Below are positions 50,101-63,452 of a stretch of 64,000 nucleotides of DNA, one piece after another. The stretch is from positions 558,001-622,000 of the forward strand of contig NW_026515674.1 of assembly GCF_025526975.1 (NCBI RefSeq), written 5' to 3'. The translations under genes and the position numbers were made by a program. Numbering within the stretch: position 1 is the stretch's first letter; every line of letters starts with the position of its first letter. The stretch comes from Fimicolochytrium jonesii. Taxonomy: Eukaryota. The notes under the pieces were generated by a model, which was given only the letters and a program-made list of their open reading frames with translations, ran no database searches and was not told the origin of the DNA.

Positions 50101-50842
50101 CTTATGCTTTCCCTTTCTTAGCGTACTATGTGATGTCGGTAATTGCATCAGAAATGTTTTTCGTGCACGAGTCTCATTTCTCCCTTGCGCCACCTAACAT
50201 ACTTGTACTTCCCAAAGAGCTTAAACGTCGCTCCGCCTACTGGTATAGCCTTCCGCGGGGCGTATGCTTCCCATACCGTGAATGCCAGTTGCGAGCCTAG
50301 TGGAATGTCGCGATATTTGATGGGAATAGTCAAGCACTCGTTCCATCTGCACGGATTCCGTCAGTTAGACCAGCACCAATTTGTGCCACTTATGATAGAT
50401 CTGGAAACTCACGTCCAGTGATTCGTAAATGAGTGATGGGCCGTTCGCATAGGCAACGTCATCGGCTTGTTGTCGGCGAATAGTTGACATGTTACGTATA
50501 TATCTGAAAGCGCACTCCATTTTGAGAGGCGTAGGATCGCCTTTGAGTTTCCTGGTTTTCAGACGCTTGCCCCCCCTATCCGTCACCTGGACTTCACTGT
50601 TGTACCTCGTTCCTGTGGTCGACCTTAGATAAGGGTCCTGTATTTGTTCGAGGAAGCTATGCTCGGGTGGCCGGCCCTCCAAGGATGATCTATACCGTCC
50701 GGCAGAACAAACAAACGGTTACTCCCAGTGGCTGCAGCATAGCCACTTGCATTACAGCAGCTCACACTTTCACTCGCAGCAGCAAGTCTAAGTCGGGCGT
50801 CAAGCAATAAGAAAAGTCCTTTATCTGCGCTCTGGGTTCCAT
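47155..50842 (-). CDS. VPS34: Class III phosphatidylinositol 3-kinase, multi-exon
   Basis: [76 protein letters not shown]. Confidence 0.97.
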
Positions 50843-51395
50843 GACGGTCGGCAATTACACTGGTGACGTGGGCAAAGACGGCCGGGCGCGGAACACAACA
50901 GGAGTGCCGAAGGGAGTTTGAACAAGGACTAAGAGCATATACTATAGATAAACCTTACTGGTCTTTGCAAGTCACTCAAGGTCGTTCGTCCTTATTGAGA
51001 GAGAGTTATCTTTCCAGTGTACTGTAGTTGTTTGGCCGAGTTCGTGTAAGAAGGAAGCATCGCATCGGGGCGGAAAGGTGCGGTTATTAACTGCTACGTA
51101 GTTAGCGACGTCGCCAACGGCAATCCCTCGCTGCGACTCGCACCACCTCGACATGAAGGCGTTCATCCACACTCGTCACACGCTCGCACTGGGGGGAGCA
51201 GAGTGTGGTCGAGAGTCCTGGGGCCCACGAGACTGGGGCTTGGCACGAGACGCGCAGCCGCTGTAGACGTCATGAACCCACGACCGTTTCACCGCATTCC
51301 ATTATAAAGGCTGGCTGCTTTCCCCCCAGAACCCTGCACAACAATCGCAACATACATCCCTCCCTCCACACCAACACCACCAACGAATAACAAGC

Positions 51396-51885
51396 ATGTC
51401 AGGTAAGAACGGTAGCACCGCTCGCTAGTACCAGCTCAGGTTCAGCGGGGTGTGAGTTCCCATCCTCTGTACTCACTACCACGGTCGCTTGCAGGAAAGT
51501 ACATTGTCGTCTTTAAGGAAGGCACTGCCCAGAACGTTATCGACCAGGCTGCCAAGGACGTTGAGGCCCAAGGTACGTGGGGGACCGGGTTGTTCAAAGT
51601 CTTTGAACTTCGAAGGCGGGGGCCCTGTCTGACCAAAAACCGTCTGTAGGAGGCAAGATTGGGCACAGATACGATACGACCATGAAGGGTTTCTCTGCGA
51701 CGGTCCCGGACAACGTTATCAGTGAGTTCCTTTCTCTTTCCCGTCTGTTTGAGTCCTTTTATATATCATGTTCTTACCGTCGTTCTCCGCCAACAGCAAC
51801 CTTCAAAGCCCACGAGAAGGTAGACTACATCGAGGCGGACGGCGAAGTCTCCGCTTACGCAAAGAGCATCGGTATTGGGAAGTAG
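51396..51885 (+). CDS. Peptidase inhibitor I9 family protein (Pbi2/POIA-like), 4 exons
   Basis: KYIVVFKEG...GGKIGHRYDTTMKGFSATVP...VDYIEADGEV. The first coding exon is 7 nt (ATGTCAG|GTAAGA). Confidence 0.85.
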
Positions 51886-52693
51886 AAATCATCTTAGATA
51901 CACCTGCTACAATTCTCAACTGCGCAAAGTGAACTATCTAGATCTATTACTAGATTCTCTTCCACTGTACTCTTCTTCTCCCATTTGTCTTTTTGGACGG
52001 CTTAATGAAAAGTCAATCACATAACACAACTTGAGGCCCAAGGTGGTGTGAACGAGATGCGCGGGTGAGGTATTGCGCATGAGTATGCTGCTCTTCCCCC
52101 GTAAGCGGTGCAGGGTTTCCGCCATTTCCCCAAAGGCGGTTTTTGAAGTCTCGGCCACCCCGTGGCCCGCATTTCCTTTCCCTACGTTTTCTCTGTTCTC
52201 TCTGTTGTTCCAAGGTCCATACTCTCATATATACTGCTTGGCTGCTCCTTGTACTGTTTGTGCTGCACAGGGTTGAGCGGGGTCGGAGGGATGTCGTGCC
52301 GGGAGAGGTTAGGGTTGTGACACGAGCGAAATTCGGACATGATTCCCAGTTTCCTGTGCGGCGCTTCCCTCTTTCCCAACCAACTGACCTTATACTGTAC
52401 TTTTTCGAGCTCCGACCTCCACCAAGAATACATACGTATCAAAGGAGTATTACACTCTGTCCTGCAGTGGAGTTTTCCAGCGCCCGAATACATATACCAT
52501 ACAGCTTGTCGGACGGCGTCAACACGTAGCCACGCTACAGCTTTTCCCGCTCATTTGTGGGCGGTAACCTGGGAGGGTCTCGCGAGGGTTGTTTTCCCAG
52601 GAAAGTGTTGGCTCTTATGGTGGCTGCTCGAGGCAGCGGATGGTGTTAGCACGAGAGACGCAGCTGGACTCCGACGCATTTAGGACGAACGAC

Positions 52694-55600
52694 ATGCACT
52701 CGGATTTTAGGGCCAATGAAGGGGGCTCAAAAGAGGAAGTTATGCAGGATGACACCAGCTTCGGCACATCTCGACCACCGACGGAACTATACCCGCAACG
52801 TTCGACTCCCGGGGTCTCCTCGCCTTTCGAGAGGGGTAAGTGTGCCGCGCTGTGGTTGGGATGGAGTGGTTCCTGCAGACTAATCGTGTCGCCACTGTAG
52901 ACCTCATGTTCTTGATCACCCGATTCTTGTCCGGCACCACGTTCCAAAGAACCTACAACACCCTATGTGAAGAGCTGGGAGGGCGCTCGGGGGAAGTCAA
53001 AGAGGAAAGCGTATTGCCGATGCGCGTGGACTGGATGGGACAGCGACATCCGCTGACATACGCGCAGCTGACAGAGGAAAACCCGCATGTGCTACCCGAT
53101 CATCTGCCACGGCTGTTCGAGAAGGTTTCGGAAGCTGCCAGCTCAAACGAGTCTTCATTGATGCCCTCACTTATGAGCTCGAAAGCGGCGCTGGCGATGA
53201 ATCTAGGCTTGGGAGCGACTGCAGCGAAGCCTTTTTCGAGGAGAGCGATTGCGTCGCAGTGGCGAACGCGGCCAATCTATGCGACTCGCGCCCATGAGAA
53301 TGCACAGCGGACCACTTTGCGCTTCGACACGCCGTTGTCAATATACTACAAACGCTTTGAGAGGTTGCTTACCACCAGAGGCCATCATTGTGCCATATTC
53401 AACGGCATTTTCGACAAGACCGGCTCAGTTTACATAACGGGTGGAGACGACAGTCTTGTGAAAGTGTGGTGCGCGAAGACGGGGTATTTGATGCGCACTC
53501 TTCGCGGACATTGCACCTTCATGGACACGAACGCTGTTCTGGAGCATCATGTCATCTTGGATGTCGCACTCAATGATGATAATACCCTTCTGGCAACTGC
53601 CTCGTCGGACGAAACTGTGCAGATATGGGATACCCAGTCCTGGCACCCTCTTATCACACTGAAAATCGGAAAGGAAATCACAAAAATCGCGTTTTCCCCT
53701 GCGCCTCTGGAGGAGTGTAAATGCTTCTTGGTGGGAGCGAAGGACGGCAAAGTGCGGGTGTACAGATGGCTCCCAGCAGAGAAAAACTTCGAGCTAAAGG
53801 TAAAACATTGCCTGTGCGCCCAAGCGCGTTTGACAGGCAGCTTAAATAACTCCCTTTCAATTAGCCCTTGATATTGAACACTCAAGACAAGCGCACCGAC
53901 AGCGTGCGGACCGTTGTCTTTGATCGCATCGGAAGCCGATTTGCCGTTGGGGGAACCGACGGGTTTATCCACATCTACCGCATCCTACCGAAGATAACAG
54001 AGAAGCCACTGCAAAATCGGAAGGCCCCTCCGCATATTGACAACGGGTCCGCCAGCGAATCGAAGATAACCGAGAAGCCACAGCAAAATCGGAAAAACGC
54101 TCCGCACATCGACAACGGCTCCGCCAGCGATCCGGAATTCTGTGTCTACAAAGGAAAACTAGATGCCACCTCCATCAACTCCGAGGAGAAGCCGAAGCGA
54201 TTTGGCGATATTGGCGTGAAAGAATTGAGGTTTAGTCATAGTGGAGATCGGTTCGCTTCTGGATGCATGGATGGGACGATAGCCATCTACAATTACTGTG
54301 ACACCACTTTCAAATGGGAGGCAATCAAATGTAAGACTGATATTGAGGAACTTGAAGCCTTGGGTAGCAGTACTGACAGAAATTTCTCTTTAGTACGAGC
54401 AATTGTAGACACTCCGACAGGCGCGAGTACAGAAAGCAACACTTCGACTGGACAGACCGCTGATCAACCTACGGCCGTGCCGAGTACAGATGCGCCCCAA
54501 CCATTGAACGGCATCGGGTTACCGTTTCTTGGCTTAGGAAGCCACCCAGCTCCAGACACACCACATTTGGATGGCACTCCGGAAGTGGGCCAGGTTGTCA
54601 ATGGTGCTACTGAAGTTGTTCCCCCCGCGCCTATTGATTCACCACCAGGCAGTGTTGCCGCCGTTGTACCACCAACGGCAGTGGGCGAGCCCGAAGTCTC
54701 CGCAGAGGAGGTGGCTGGTATCACAGCTTTGTGCTGGTCTCTCGATGACCGCAAGGTGATAACGGTTACCTCCGACTACCATCTTCGGGTATGATGATTG
54801 GACCTCCATCACTTGAAACCGATGATGATGAGGGTGACTGAATTCCAGGTCACTTTGCAGGTCTGGGATTCTCAAAATGGGGATCTTCTTCACGTACTGC
54901 AAGCCCACACCTCGGCTGTTTACAACCTGGATCCACATCCTCTGGATCCTGATATAGTGTTGTCTGCGTCTTACGACGGAAAGCTTATCATATGGGATAT
55001 CAGTCGCGGCACAGAATTGAGGCGTGAGTCAGTTGTGTTCTTATATTGATGTCCACTGTCAAAGTTGATTGTCGCTCATCACCTCTGTCGCATCATCAGG
55101 TTTCGAGCACGAGCGTCCTCTCCTCGATGCTTCGTTCTCTCCCGAAGGCAACCTCATTGGAGCCGCTGACATGGCTGGCCTGACGCACTTCTTTGGAACG
55201 GGCTTGGATCCGACCAAGTTCACTGATTACTATGAGCAGTTTTATCCTTGCGACTTCACGGCGGTCGGATATCAGGACGGAATATTGCAGGATTTGCACA
55301 ACAGCACTCTGCCGCATTTGGTGCCGATGGAGTATCTCGTTGATGCACGGCAGAGTCCATACCGCATCGACTATCCAGTGCTGAAGCAGGATTTTGCGCT
55401 AGATCGGAGCCTACCTATCGACACGCCACCGCTGGTACACGATCGCAAAGTCAGAATGTTCATCCTGGATACCAGAGTAGGACAGACTTCAACCGAGCAG
55501 CCGTTTGTGTGGTAAGGGCTTTTGAAATCTTACATGTGCGCACTGATCATGGCTGACATCGAGGGTGTCTTCAGGTCACAACAAGAGGACAAGAAGCGGC

Positions 55601-57999
55601 GGAAAGCACGTCCGATCAATACGGCACCCACTGAAGCTGACAGGGAGGAGATGGAGGCACTGACGTCCGCGGAGCCGATTGTTCCCTTGCCAGAATCTAG
55701 CGGGGAGGAGTTTGCGGGGGGAGAGGAGTCCAGTGAAGGCGACGAGTCGGATTCCGAAGGATTCGGTTGGTTGACGCCCGAAAGGGAAAACGACGATGAA
55801 TTCATCGATGATTCCGACGATCACGGGCAAGGGGGTAGCAGTTCACGACCGCGCAGGGCAAACGGCTCGAAACTGAATCTTCGGTCAAAGAGGAAGGGAA
55901 GAAAGAGGTCACGGCGGGATGGAAGGGGGCCGCCCCGGAAGCGGAAACGGCTGGACGATGACGACAATGAGGATGAGTTTGACGATGATGAGGGCCCCAC
56001 GCGCTCCAGCCGGCGCAAAGTCAAGCGGAAATCTTTCAAAGAGTATGTCAGCGGAGGAGATGATGACGACGAGTTTGCGACCGACGAGGACGACTTGGTT
56101 GTCACAGACCGCAAAGGAAAGGCCGCTGCTACATCCTCATCCCAGCGGAAGAGCAAGAAAACCAAAATGGACGTCGTCGAAGAATATCCGGCTGGCATCG
56201 TGAAGCCATGTGCTTGGGTCTCCACGACTGATTCGAAGCGCTCGCCGTATTTACCGCAGATCGGCGACTTTGTTGCCTACGTCAAACAAGGTCACATCGA
56301 TTTCGTGAAACAAGCGGTCGACGAGGGATACAAAGTTGACTGCCCTCCAGGCGAGCACCGTGGCGAAGTCGTCTATGGAGTGGTCGACAAGCTGTATTTC
56401 TCTCCCGGCGAGCCGGTCAAATGCACATTGTCCCTGCACGTTCACGACGAGGAGGTCCGAAGCTTTGGACCCGTACCCGACCGCAGGAGATTGACACCGG
56501 TGGCGAAGGGCGGTCGAAAGGACATCCTGAAAGTACAGTTCTGGGATCTGGACGGCATTACAGATTTCATCCTCCTCTTCGAACACTACCGGGATGCCGT
56601 CCTTGAGGATTGGGAAGAGGGCGCTGCAGTGATTGTCGACTACCCGGACAAGCCATACGATGGGCGGATACAGGCCATTTACCCCCGGGAATCGCCGTGG
56701 AACAAGTACCTCATCCGGTGGGATGAGGGTGGTGAACCACTCGCTGTTTGTCCGTGGGAGCTTCGAAAGCTCGATGCGGAGTTGGAGGATGTGCCACCGG
56801 AGCGTTTGAGCGGGGACGGTAAGGCTGTTCCCAAACGTACAACAAGTAGAAGACGATATGCTGACAGATATGTTTGTATAACAGACATGCAAAGAGTGTG
56901 TGACATCATCGACAACTGGAAGTCTAGGGATGGCATGGAATTCTTCTTGAACGAAGTAGATTATGAGACGTACCCGTCGTATCTTACCATGATAGCGTAT
57001 CCGATGTTTGTGGATCTTATCCGTGATCGGATACGCGGAGGATTTTATCGACGCCTGGAGGTATGCGATTGCTTTCGGTTTTGCTGGAGACCAGAGAGAA
57101 GGATGTTCTTGACGACCTGATTTTGCAGTCGGTTGCATGGGATGTGGATATCATGATGCAGAATGCGATGACCTTCAACGCCGATGGATCTGAGCTATAC
57201 ATGTTCGCCGCTTCGCAGTTCCCAGTTCTCCGTGACCAAATAATGGGTATGTAGCCTGTCTCTATTCAACAACGTTATGTTTGTGTCCAACCCGCCCCCC
57301 AAATGTTTACCTAATGCTTACCCGGACATTGCAGATGGCATGAGGTTGGGAAATGAGAGACGCTGGTCTCATACGGGGCTGCACCCCTCACTACCGCTCA
57401 AAAAGCCAACATTGAAGTTGAAGTTTACATCCAAGTCAAAGGGGAAAGCGCCCGCGACGATATCAGACGCGGATGGCGATGGATCAGAGATTGATTTGAG
57501 CGATACGGGCTCCGATGTGGTCGTTTCGGCAACAGGAGTGACCAGCGGGGCTTCATCCGCCAGCCGGAAAACAGGCAAACGCAATCGGGTCGTTGACGAT
57601 GAGGACGAAGACGAGTACGTCGCCGACGCTGTGGATGTGATGACGGAAAGCTCTGATGGGAACATCAACGTTGAAGATCCTCTCGACCTGGACGGCGATA
57701 GCCCTATCGATGTCGTCAGTTCCCAACCTGTTGCACAGGTCTCACCGAAAAAGAGACGACGCATCGTCAACGATGACAGTGACGAATTCGATGACGACGG
57801 GGAAGGTGACGAGGCGCATGTGCATCAGCGTCCCTCCAGACGGGGCAAGAGACGCGGGAGCTCGTCGGACGGTCACATCACGCAACTCCCGTCTCCACCG
57901 CCCCAGAACAGCGTCGAGCTTTCCCCGAAGAGAAAGTCGCGACGAATACGGAAAACGCGAGCGCGAGGCTCCGACAGCGACGCGGAGTATCATGGATGA
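52694..57999 (+). CDS. Bromodomain and WD40-repeat protein (BRWD/PHIP family), multi-exon; start uncertain
   Basis: DLMFLITRFL, WD40 repeats (ITGGDDSLVKVW, LRGH, ASYDGKLIIWDI), YLPQIGDFVAY, bromodomain YPSYLTMIAYPM...FYRR...QNAMTFN. Confidence 0.9.
53989..54130 (+). repeat. 72-nt (24-aa) tandem duplication within the BRWD WD40 region
   Basis: KITEKPLQNRKAPPHIDNGSASES followed by KITEKPQQNRKNAPHIDNGSASDP. Units start at 53989 and 54061. Confidence 0.95.
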
Positions 58000-58238
58000 T
58001 GATCGTCTACTCACCCGCATGATCTCGCGCCGCCTTGAATCTTGGAACATTGAGAGGGAGACGCAGTGTAGATAGTTTTTGGAGGAAGGGCTTCCGACCC
58101 ATTTTTTATAGGCTGCTACGAAGGGTGGTGATACGCTGCATGTAGAATACTGTACATTGAGTAATTTCGTAGTGGATGGCAACCCGAGGAGGCTGAGGGT
58201 TTGTATATGTATTCTGGAGAGAGCAGTGCAGACTGAAT

Positions 58239-59988
58239 TCAAAGGAATACAGCGATGAGAGAGAAACGTGCGAGACGCGCCGCGAGCGCCGTGGCGGGAC
58301 GACGACCACAAAACAATGGAATTAGAGTACTGACCAGTAGGGCGACTCGAGTAAGGTGTGGTTCCTGCGGATTGGTGGTATGAAACACCAACGAAGCAAG
58401 AGAACGGAGCTCAACGTCGTTGAGGACCTTCGGCGCCCAAGTGATCAGGATATGCTTTTTCATGGCCGCCTTGGCCTGCGTTATTTGAGTCCCCACCTCG
58501 ACCGCCTTGTGCACTGCGGGTTGTTTTGCCTGCTCCTTCTTGAACCACTCTAAAATTTACTACATATTCATACATGACAGCCCCTCCCCAGGACAACAAG
58601 CTTCACCCTCCCGTCGTCGAGGCTGCAGCCTGCTCAAGATCAAACATCTGCTCGAACCGCCGTGCCAGTACATCTGGGTTCATGCGCGTCGGGCGTGAGG
58701 CATCCTGTGACACGATCTGGATCTTTCTCCGACGATCCTCGATGTACAGGTCATCCAGTGCTTTGTAGAGTATACCCCGTTGCTGTAAATATGTGAATGG
58801 AATGTAAGTGTGGTGTTGGCAAATACTGAAGAACATTGATCATCGGTGTGCATACCTTCCCCATATAAACATCATATCCAGCCCTCTCCGACCGCTGCTG
58901 AGTCTTCGCAAGCAGGTAATCCAGCCGTGCCTGCTGGGCCGTATCCACGTTCATCTTCTCCTCACTCGCCCCAACCGCATCATCCCACGCATCACTTGTC
59001 TTCACTTTCACATCGCATCTCACGACCGGATTATGCCTATGATTTGCGGTATTCTCGAAATGGTCATACCGCCGTTGCAGCGGTCGAGCTAATGGCGCAG
59101 AGGGAATCTCGAAATCGGGTGCGCTGTTGGCTGCTTTTTCTTGCTGGGATTCAGCGATGTAGAGGGCGCGGAGGTTTTCTTTTTCGCGGGTTCGTTTGAG
59201 GAGGAGGCGTTTAACTTCTGTTCGGGCGCGGCGGGTCGCTGTTTCTAGGAGGGTCTGGGGGTTGAAAGAGGTTTGGATGAGTTTGCCTGGAGTTTGTAAT
59301 AGTTGACACGCGGCGATGAGAGCAAACCTCAGCTAATGCTTCTTGGCCTCTGAGCACGTCTAGCTTTATTCGATCTAATGCTGTGGAGTAGAGACTTTTG
59401 TTGTGTGCTTTCTGTAGATGTCCCGACGTTTAGCTACGATGATGGACGTGAGCGGAGCAAATACGGGACTGCCCACCTCATCTGCAGCAACCAGCTCAGC
59501 CGTCCTGTGGGCCTGACCCAGCAGCTGTTTTTGTTTATCCTGTACATTCTTGAGTTGATTTATCTTCTGCCGTCTGCTTGCTGTCCAGTCTTTCTGAACA
59601 TGCGTCGCAGATCAGCAGATGGTCTTCTTCACGCAGCGAATGGCCAACCCACCTCTAATAGGTTAAGCACATGCCCAAGCTCCGATTCAGCAACGGTTTG
59701 GTATAGTTTCCGATGCTCAGATGCTAATATTCGTTCCTGCTCTCGGACCTGAGACGAAGGGTGAGCAATTGGACAAGAATAGAACTGCTGCAAGCACTTT
59801 GAGTCATACATACATACCTGCTGCAAGCGGGCGAGTTTTTGTTTCCTGTTTTCGTCGTGTTTGAGGCGAGCTTCTTCTCCTGGACTTAGACGGATGTAGT
59901 TGCCTGGGGACATAGTTTTCGGACGGCCGTTTTTTCGCGTACTGTAGTAGTCTGTAACCAGCTGGGGCAGGTTACGAAAAGCGGACAT
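58239..59988 (-). CDS. CEP295/Ana1-like centriolar protein (N-terminal domain), multi-exon; 3' end uncertain
   Basis: IRLSPGEEARL...RKQKLARLQQ|VREQERILA resembles the conserved CEP295 N-terminal motif RLSPxEE...RLxQVREQER (recalled, not searched). Confidence 0.6.
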
Positions 59989-60079
59989 ATTCGCGCATTA
60001 CGAGGCATTGCGACTCCGATTGCGACTCATATCCTATGGGGTGTGCACGAAGGCCGAACACAGGCCGAACAGGGAAAAA

Positions 60080-61835
60080 ATGCTGACGTCCATTCGCCGC
60101 CATGTTACTCGAGTAACAGCCGGACACCGCTTCCCTATCGAAACCCCGCGCAGAAAGTCCGTACCGCAGCGTTGTCATGCAACAGCCATTATCCCAAAGG
60201 TAGGCTTTACACTTCCCGTTCACATTTGAAAACTTCCCGACTAACGGCTTCACCCCACATAGGCAGCCACTTACCTATCCAGAGTGACTGATCCATGGCT
60301 GAACTTGGCGTTTGAGGAATGGCAAGTGTGGTGGATCGAATAATGCACAAACGGCGTAGGCGGAGGTTGGGAGCTTACGGCGAGCAGAACACTGTAGGCT
60401 CTTTCGAAACCCCGAGCTGCCCCCACATATACTGTATCTGTGGCGGAATACCAAGTGCGTTGTCGTTGGGAAGAATCAGGTGGGGAGCTGACAATCTAAG
60501 CATGGGTCAAACGGGGGGCTCGTGGAGGACGAGGACTGAACGTTTGTGACGCCTCACAGAACGCATGGAAAGAATGCAACTTGAGACGGATGCAGGAAGA
60601 TGGAGTACCGTTGGTACGACGGCGGAGCGGCGGAGGCACTGTGTACCATGTAAGCAGAATGAAATCCTCTCGAATTCACAAATATCCCGGTGAGCTCTTA
60701 AACCTTCCACAGGACATCGGCAACACAAACTACACGATCATTATGCCGCGCGACGTCTTCGACCGCCGCACCAACGCCGAGCTTGTCACCCGCGCCTTGC
60801 TCCAGCTCGATATTCCCGCGTCGGTCAACGAACGGCATGATATTGTCGTGGACGGGAAGAAAGTGTCTGGGTCGGCGTACAAGCTTGTCAACACGAAGGC
60901 GTACCATCATGGAACTATGTTGATTGATTCGGATTTGAAGGCGTTGGGGACGTTTTTGAAACCGCCCCCGGTACGATGAGTACCTGAATGCTCTGTCTTC
61001 CACGTGGAAGCTGGAGCGTGGGAATCTGATGACCGTTTGTTCGCGTAGAAAAACTTGGTCGGGAAGGGTGTGGAGTCTGTTCGATCGAAGGTTACGCGGT
61101 TACGAGATCACTCGTATACGATTGACCACCTATCCTTTTGCGACGCCGTGGCAACCGAGTTTCTGAAGTATCACCAAGTGCAGGCGACACATGTGAGCGC
61201 ATGCTAACCTGAGCGCGAGGAGGAGTGTGTATATGCTTATGCCCGTGTGCCGATGATTGCCTATCCAGCCCATAGAATTGACAGCAGACTACATGGCAAA
61301 GATTCCAAAAATCAAGGAGTACTACGATGAGATTCGGGTGCGACAATGCATTCGCGTTCCTCAGGGACTGCTGACCACTTTCTTAACATCCTTTGCCTCG
61401 ATCAGACATGGGAATGGGTCAACGGGCAGACCCCAGATTTCGCGCATAGGCTAGAGCATTCTTTTCCTTGGGGCGATGCGGTATGTGTGAAACCTTTGAT
61501 CTCATGGAAACACGCCGCAAAGCTCACGCAAAGCAACGCATAGGACATACACCTGAAAGTGCACCGCGGGATCATCACCGAAGCCTCTGTGAACCTAGGA
61601 GCCGACCACCACGCGGCAGTCGCCCTGCGATTATCCGAGAGTCTAGAAAGTAAGTTCATAATGGCATAAGCGCGAATAGGCTGCTGGGCTAATGGTGATT
61701 TTCGGCTCCAAAGATAAGCGATATGACGCGGATGGAGTGGACGAGGCTTTTGGGATATTTGATTTGGCTGAGCCTTCCAGTCGCGTGCTTGAGGAGCTTG
61801 CTGAGTTGAGGGAGTGGATTAAAAGGACGCTATAG
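60080..61835 (+). CDS. Mitochondrial lipoate-protein ligase / lipoyltransferase (Aim22/LIPT1-like), multi-exon
   Basis: DPWLNLAFEE, LYLWRN, LVRRRSGGGTVYH-D-GN, KKVSGSAYK, YHHGTML, WEWVNGQTP. Confidence 0.92.
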
Positions 61836-62192
61836 GACGCCGGTGTGCAGGTTGTGGAACTCGAGTTGCCGATGTTAGATAGGCTCGAGGTGTAGATAGC
61901 GAGGGAGCTGCCCAACAGTAGAGCTGTGTGAAACATGATACACTACAGTCTGAGCGTTTCATTGTACATCAGTCAGAACGTGAAAAAGCTGCCGTGCCTT
62001 GGGAAAGGTGAAATGTGCTAGCGCCGTTGCATATCGTGGACAGCATTCCAACCAAATCATCTCAAGATTCTGTGGTCGTTTTCATCTGTAGTGCTTCCAG
62101 AATATGATTGAAAACGTCCGTCTGCCACCATGACAATGATGACAATGCAACAACACGAGGACCCACAAAACACTCTGCCATCATCGTCATGA

Positions 62193-63063
62193 TCATCCAT
62201 TCCTAAGCTTTGCCAGCCTCTCCGTAAGATTATCCTGCTCCTTATCCGCAGGCTCCGCCTTATTCGCCAACGTCCCCGTCGCGGCACCTGGCATCTCCAT
62301 CTGGAGCTCCAACCCGTTTTCATCGGCCACCTGCTGCATCAAGTCCTCGACCTGGTCCTGTGGTGTTGACATGGCGGTTGTTTGTCCCATCGAGGACTCC
62401 ATGTATTGTGTTTGCACGTCGAGGTCTTCGAATTGTTGCTCGAATTTGTCCATTACCATCGATATCTATATTGAGAAGCGAGATTGGGTTAGGCCAATGA
62501 CTCTTTTACGCGATACGGAAAGTGGTGTCCCAGGGGCATCCCACAGTGCCTAGGAGAACCTCCTCCTTACCTGCTCAAGGTTCATGCTCGACATAGCCTT
62601 CTCCATCCCCTTAACCACCCCAGCCATCGACGTCGACACTTTCCGCATCGTCACCGCAGTCTGCACGCGCGCGGCGACTCCATCTATCCGGGAACCTAGC
62701 CGCAAGAGGTTGAGGGACTCATTCTTCTTCCGTATGGCGTTCGCGGCGTAGATTCGTGCCCCTTCCATATTTCCTTGCTGAATTGCCTGTGGGGCGTAGA
62801 AGGGATCCGTTAAAAACGTCGCTCCGGAAATTCGAGCATCGAAACCACCCACCTTCTTTAGCTTTGCTTTTTCAGCCGCCTCATCTTTGCTGGATTTCTT
62901 GGCTTGTCTCTGCAGCTGTTTTGCGGTGAACTTCAAATTGAAGAGGTGCTCTAAGAGTGGGAGGATAGAAGAACCCAGTCAGTCTCCGTCCTGGACCAAC
63001 CCTGGGATTGAAACTGTCTGCAGTGTATGCCCTCCAACGGCTTCAAGCCTACTTACTGTCCAT
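62193..63063 (-). CDS. DID2: ESCRT-III associated CHMP1/Did2 (Vps46)
   Basis: [55 protein letters not shown]. Confidence 0.95.
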
Positions 63064-63452
63064 GCCGCTACTCATCTTGGCGTGCGACTTTCGTTCGTAA
63101 TTCGCTAATAATATTGTTTGCGATGACACCTATACGACTGCTGGCGAACGGGGCTCTAAGCAGCTGGGCTTCGTAGGTCTTCTAAGCGTTGGAAGGTTTC
63201 CAAGATGGCTTTCAGTCTGCGATACTGTACGTGGGTAAGTGAAGGCGTGACGTAAAACGCAAGTCTGAGAAAGCAATCTGTCGGTTGCAAAGGCTTGGCG
63301 CAGCGTCGCATTTCGTGCCCATTTTGTCCCATTTTTCTCGTTGGATTTGGGAACTCAATCGTCAACTGGTTTGACCAATACAAGCCCGAACGAAGGTGCT
63401 ACATACAGTATATATATACAGTATACAGGAGCCCCCAAAAACACCTCTTAAT

